Source: Balanoglossus misakiensis
Taxonomy: Eukaryota; Animalia; Hemichordata
Direction of reading: 5' to 3'
Length of the DNA: 64,000 nucleotides
NCBI GenBank assembly: GCA_040954595.2
Contig: CM082580.2
Location: 14,646,389 to 14,710,388 of the forward strand
Below, piece after piece: positions 61,121 to 64,000 of the stretch. The first letter of the stretch is position 1, and the number at the start of each line of letters is the position of its first letter. Both the position numbers and the translations under genes were made by a program. The notes beneath the pieces were generated by a model. That model did no database searches and had not been told where the DNA came from. It saw nothing but the letters and a program-made list of their open reading frames with translations.

Positions 61121-61597
61121 CTCAATATAGCACTGCTAAAACGGGCCCTGTTTACTTTTTAAAAACTAGGACTAATATACTTTTATACTAATATACTATT
61201 ATTCGCAGCTCCAGTACGGGGACAGTCCAATAAAAGTCGATGTAGTTACCTTAAATGTATACATTTATTATCGGTTGTGTATAGTACATGCTGGTTGTTT
61301 CATCGACGGAAGTTGGTATTTTCGGCAATTAAAACCGGCACACAAGACTTAATAAAAAATCTTCTGCAGAACGGTAAATGGCTTCGCTTCCGTTATTTTG
61401 AGAAACAACACTACTATAATTGAGGTATTTTCGTCTGGTAAACGATTGCTAGGCAATAGAATCCCAAATCTCCCTAACGACCATGTTTGAAGCCAGGATA
61501 TGATAGTCGGAAAAAGCCAGCTGGGAATCGTCTACTACTTTCTTTGATAAATATCGCTGGCTTAGACGATTTAAAGAAAAACATTTAAAATAAAATG

Positions 61598-62165
61598 ATG
61601 AGCTATAACCCATGAAAAATGTCAAGAAACGACAAAATGACCGAAATTCGCAAAGTCGGAAAGTTCTCGCTGGCCGTGGTGGTCACGGACATTTTTTGGC
61701 TCTAAGAACCACGCTCTTCCTGACCGTGCACGTGGTGGTCATGGACATTTTTTGGCTCTAAGAACCACGCTCTTCCTGACAAAAATGACCGAAATTCGCA
61801 ATGTCGGAAAACTTTCATTTTTTGATAAAAATCATGAGCTATAACCCATGAAAAATGTCAAGAAACGACAAAATGACCGAAATTCGCAAAGTAGGAAAGC
61901 TCTTGCTGACCGTGGTGGTCACGGACATTTTTTGGCTCTAAGAACCACGCTCTTCCTGACCGTGCACGTGGTGGTCATGGACATTTTTGGCTCTAAGAAC
62001 CACGCTCTTCCTGACAAAAATGACCGAAATTCGCAATGTCGGAAAACTTTCATTTTTTGATAAAAATCATGAGCTATAACCCATGAAAAATGTCAAGAAA
62101 CGACAAAATGACCGAAATTCGCAAAGTCGGAAAACTGTCATTGTTTGAAAAAATCATGAGCTATA
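61598..62165. repeat. Composite tandem repeat, ~235-236-bp period, ~2.4 copies
   Basis: atgagctataacccatgaaaaatgtcaag at 61598, 61834 and 62069, with a short partial at 62156; each unit has two copies of a ~50-bp ggtggtca...ctcttcctgac module and two of aaaatgaccgaaattcgcaa.gtcggaaa. Confidence 0.92.
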
Positions 62166-64000
62166 CATGTAATAATTTGTGGGCTTCTGGCCGTTGGTGG
62201 CGTCCGATCCCGCTGCACAGGTGAGACGCAGGACCATGGAAAATACAATGCACCTGTGCTACGAGCTCATCCACGTTTTAAACGCAAATCGCGCAGAGCG
62301 ACCCGGGCTATCAAGAGAGCAACAACCTGCAGAACAAGAGGATTTTGTCTGACAAGCTACGGGAATTTCTACAGCCCGGAAACCAAGATAAAGAACATAT
62401 TATCTACTAGGTAAGTAACCGGTATTTACTAAAATTAGTGCTCCGACTTTCGACCCTAGTGGGGAAAAGGTGAAGACCCAATTCGTTAGTAATTCTATCC
62501 TAGTTTTCGAGAGAGTAGTCGGAGTACTCGCCATTGTTCCAAGAAGCGACGTGGTTTTTTCGTTTGAAACGTGGCGCGGACGCCCGGCCCAATTGCGTTC
62601 AGTTTTCAACACTTGCACCAAATAAATCTATTCACTAGTTTTTTTCTGATGAGAGCCAAGGAACTATAGTTGTCGTCGAGCGAAAAATACGAGCGAATCT
62701 CCAAGTGTAAAATGTGTAATATTTATTGAAGTTCGGAATGCTGGGGGCAAGTTCAATGAATAATGTTAGGGGAGATTTCCGTGAGTGTTTCTGTGTCGGA
62801 TTTTTGCGCACATTTTCTAGTCAGTTTATTACTGCATTTTTGCGTGTAACAAAATCCGCCTACAATAATTTCAAAAACTTGCTAGTTGTGGTTTCAAAAC
62901 ACCGTGCAGAACTGCATTTGGCTTTTCCGACCGGCATTATTGTTGATCTGCTTGTCAATAATATTTAGGTGTCCCATTATATTACTCTATTGCGGGTTCT
63001 ATTATTATTGTAATACACTCCGACTATTGTATTATTGATATCAATCGTATTAATTGTCATGCTGTATTACTCTATATCATTGCGAGTTGTATTATAGTTG
63101 TGACATAGTCCGTTTATTTTAGTGGTCATTGTCATTTCATTCTGATCAAACGTGGTATTGCGCGGTAGTATATCTTGCGAGTAATATCGCATTGTTATAC
63201 ATTTATTTAGTCTGTACTCTGCGCGGGTAATAGTTTCGGGTAACAATATTTCTGTCATCTCCCGATATTACTCTGTATTATTGGGGGTAATATTTAGCGG
63301 CAATCGACCGTCTATTTATCACGGAGTACAACTTGTAACGTATCATAATGGAACTCAATTTAAACACCGATACTTTAGAAGTACTTCTATGCACGTGTTC
63401 AATTTTTGTCAGGAGTTTGACCTAGTTTAGCACAGGCTCTTTCACGTTTCATAAACAAGTATGTTGCCAATAATATTTTGCCAACACGTTCACATTTTGA
63501 GTAAATTGATATTTTAATATTCTGGACGCAACGAATTTCTCTCGACACAGTGTTGTGTTGGCTCATATTTATGCACCCCAATCAATCCCTTAATGTCGGA
63601 CCAATTGGATAAGTAGTGCTGTTTATTTCCGTATTTCATGGCCTCCGGCCCAAAATTCTTTACATTTTCTTTAAAACTTAAAACGGACGGGAATACTTAA
63701 ACTTATTTCATAATTGAAAATCATCTGTCTTTTCTCACTCCCATGATAGCATGAAAAAGCAATGCTGCTGAACACTGTAGAAAGGTACCATCGTTTGAAT
63801 TCATAAGGAAAAAATCTTTCTGTTAGTCGGTGGGTTAAAATACATCGTAAGAATATATTTTAGTCTGTGACTGGAACAAAGTACAACACAATAGGAAATG
63901 ATGTTCATCTTCATTTTCGTTACTGTCACACAACAAGCAAATCATTTTGTTTTATCTACTCTGTGCTTTCTATCTGTTATCAAAAAACGTTCATGAAAAG

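Noticed and set aside
61598-62165. CRISPR-like repeat/spacer appearance
   Set aside because: The intervening segments are themselves repeated, so there are no unique spacers; eukaryotic context and no cas genes.

Overview
Eukaryotic (metazoan) genomic DNA, AT-rich and intron-rich; gene content and repeat types suggest a marine invertebrate, possibly a non-vertebrate deuterostome (inference only). I manually spliced six conserved genes with GT-AG introns and consistent reading phase: UAP1 (+, 2314-8623), VCPIP1 (-, 16351-24559), PPP1R2/inhibitor-2 (+, 26329-28473), RPL12 (+, 32307-34062), SPRYD3 (-, 40406-46732) and RP2 (+, 50326-59156). VCPIP1/PPP1R2 and SPRYD3/RP2 are head-to-head pairs. Most ORFs in the supplied track are spurious. 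Non-coding DNA holds many small non-autonomous DNA transposons: TTAA/Kolobok-type, TA/Tc1-mariner-type, TAG..CTA elements with 9-bp TSDs, and TSD-less long-hairpin elements. It also has microsatellites and a composite ~236-bp tandem repeat. I found no CRISPR array, rRNA, tRNA or prokaryotic-type system. The best leads are: a Kolobok-type element carrying a deleted Cys-rich/ballast-like ORF; roughly 10-fold excess of the Tc1-type excision footprint TACATGTA; a nested MITE carrying two RFX X-boxes in intron 1 of the ciliary gene RP2; a family of hairpin-ended elements sharing a CCAAT/E-box terminus; and Pro at the position of human RP2 Ser6. All alignments and counts were done by eye; no database searches were run.
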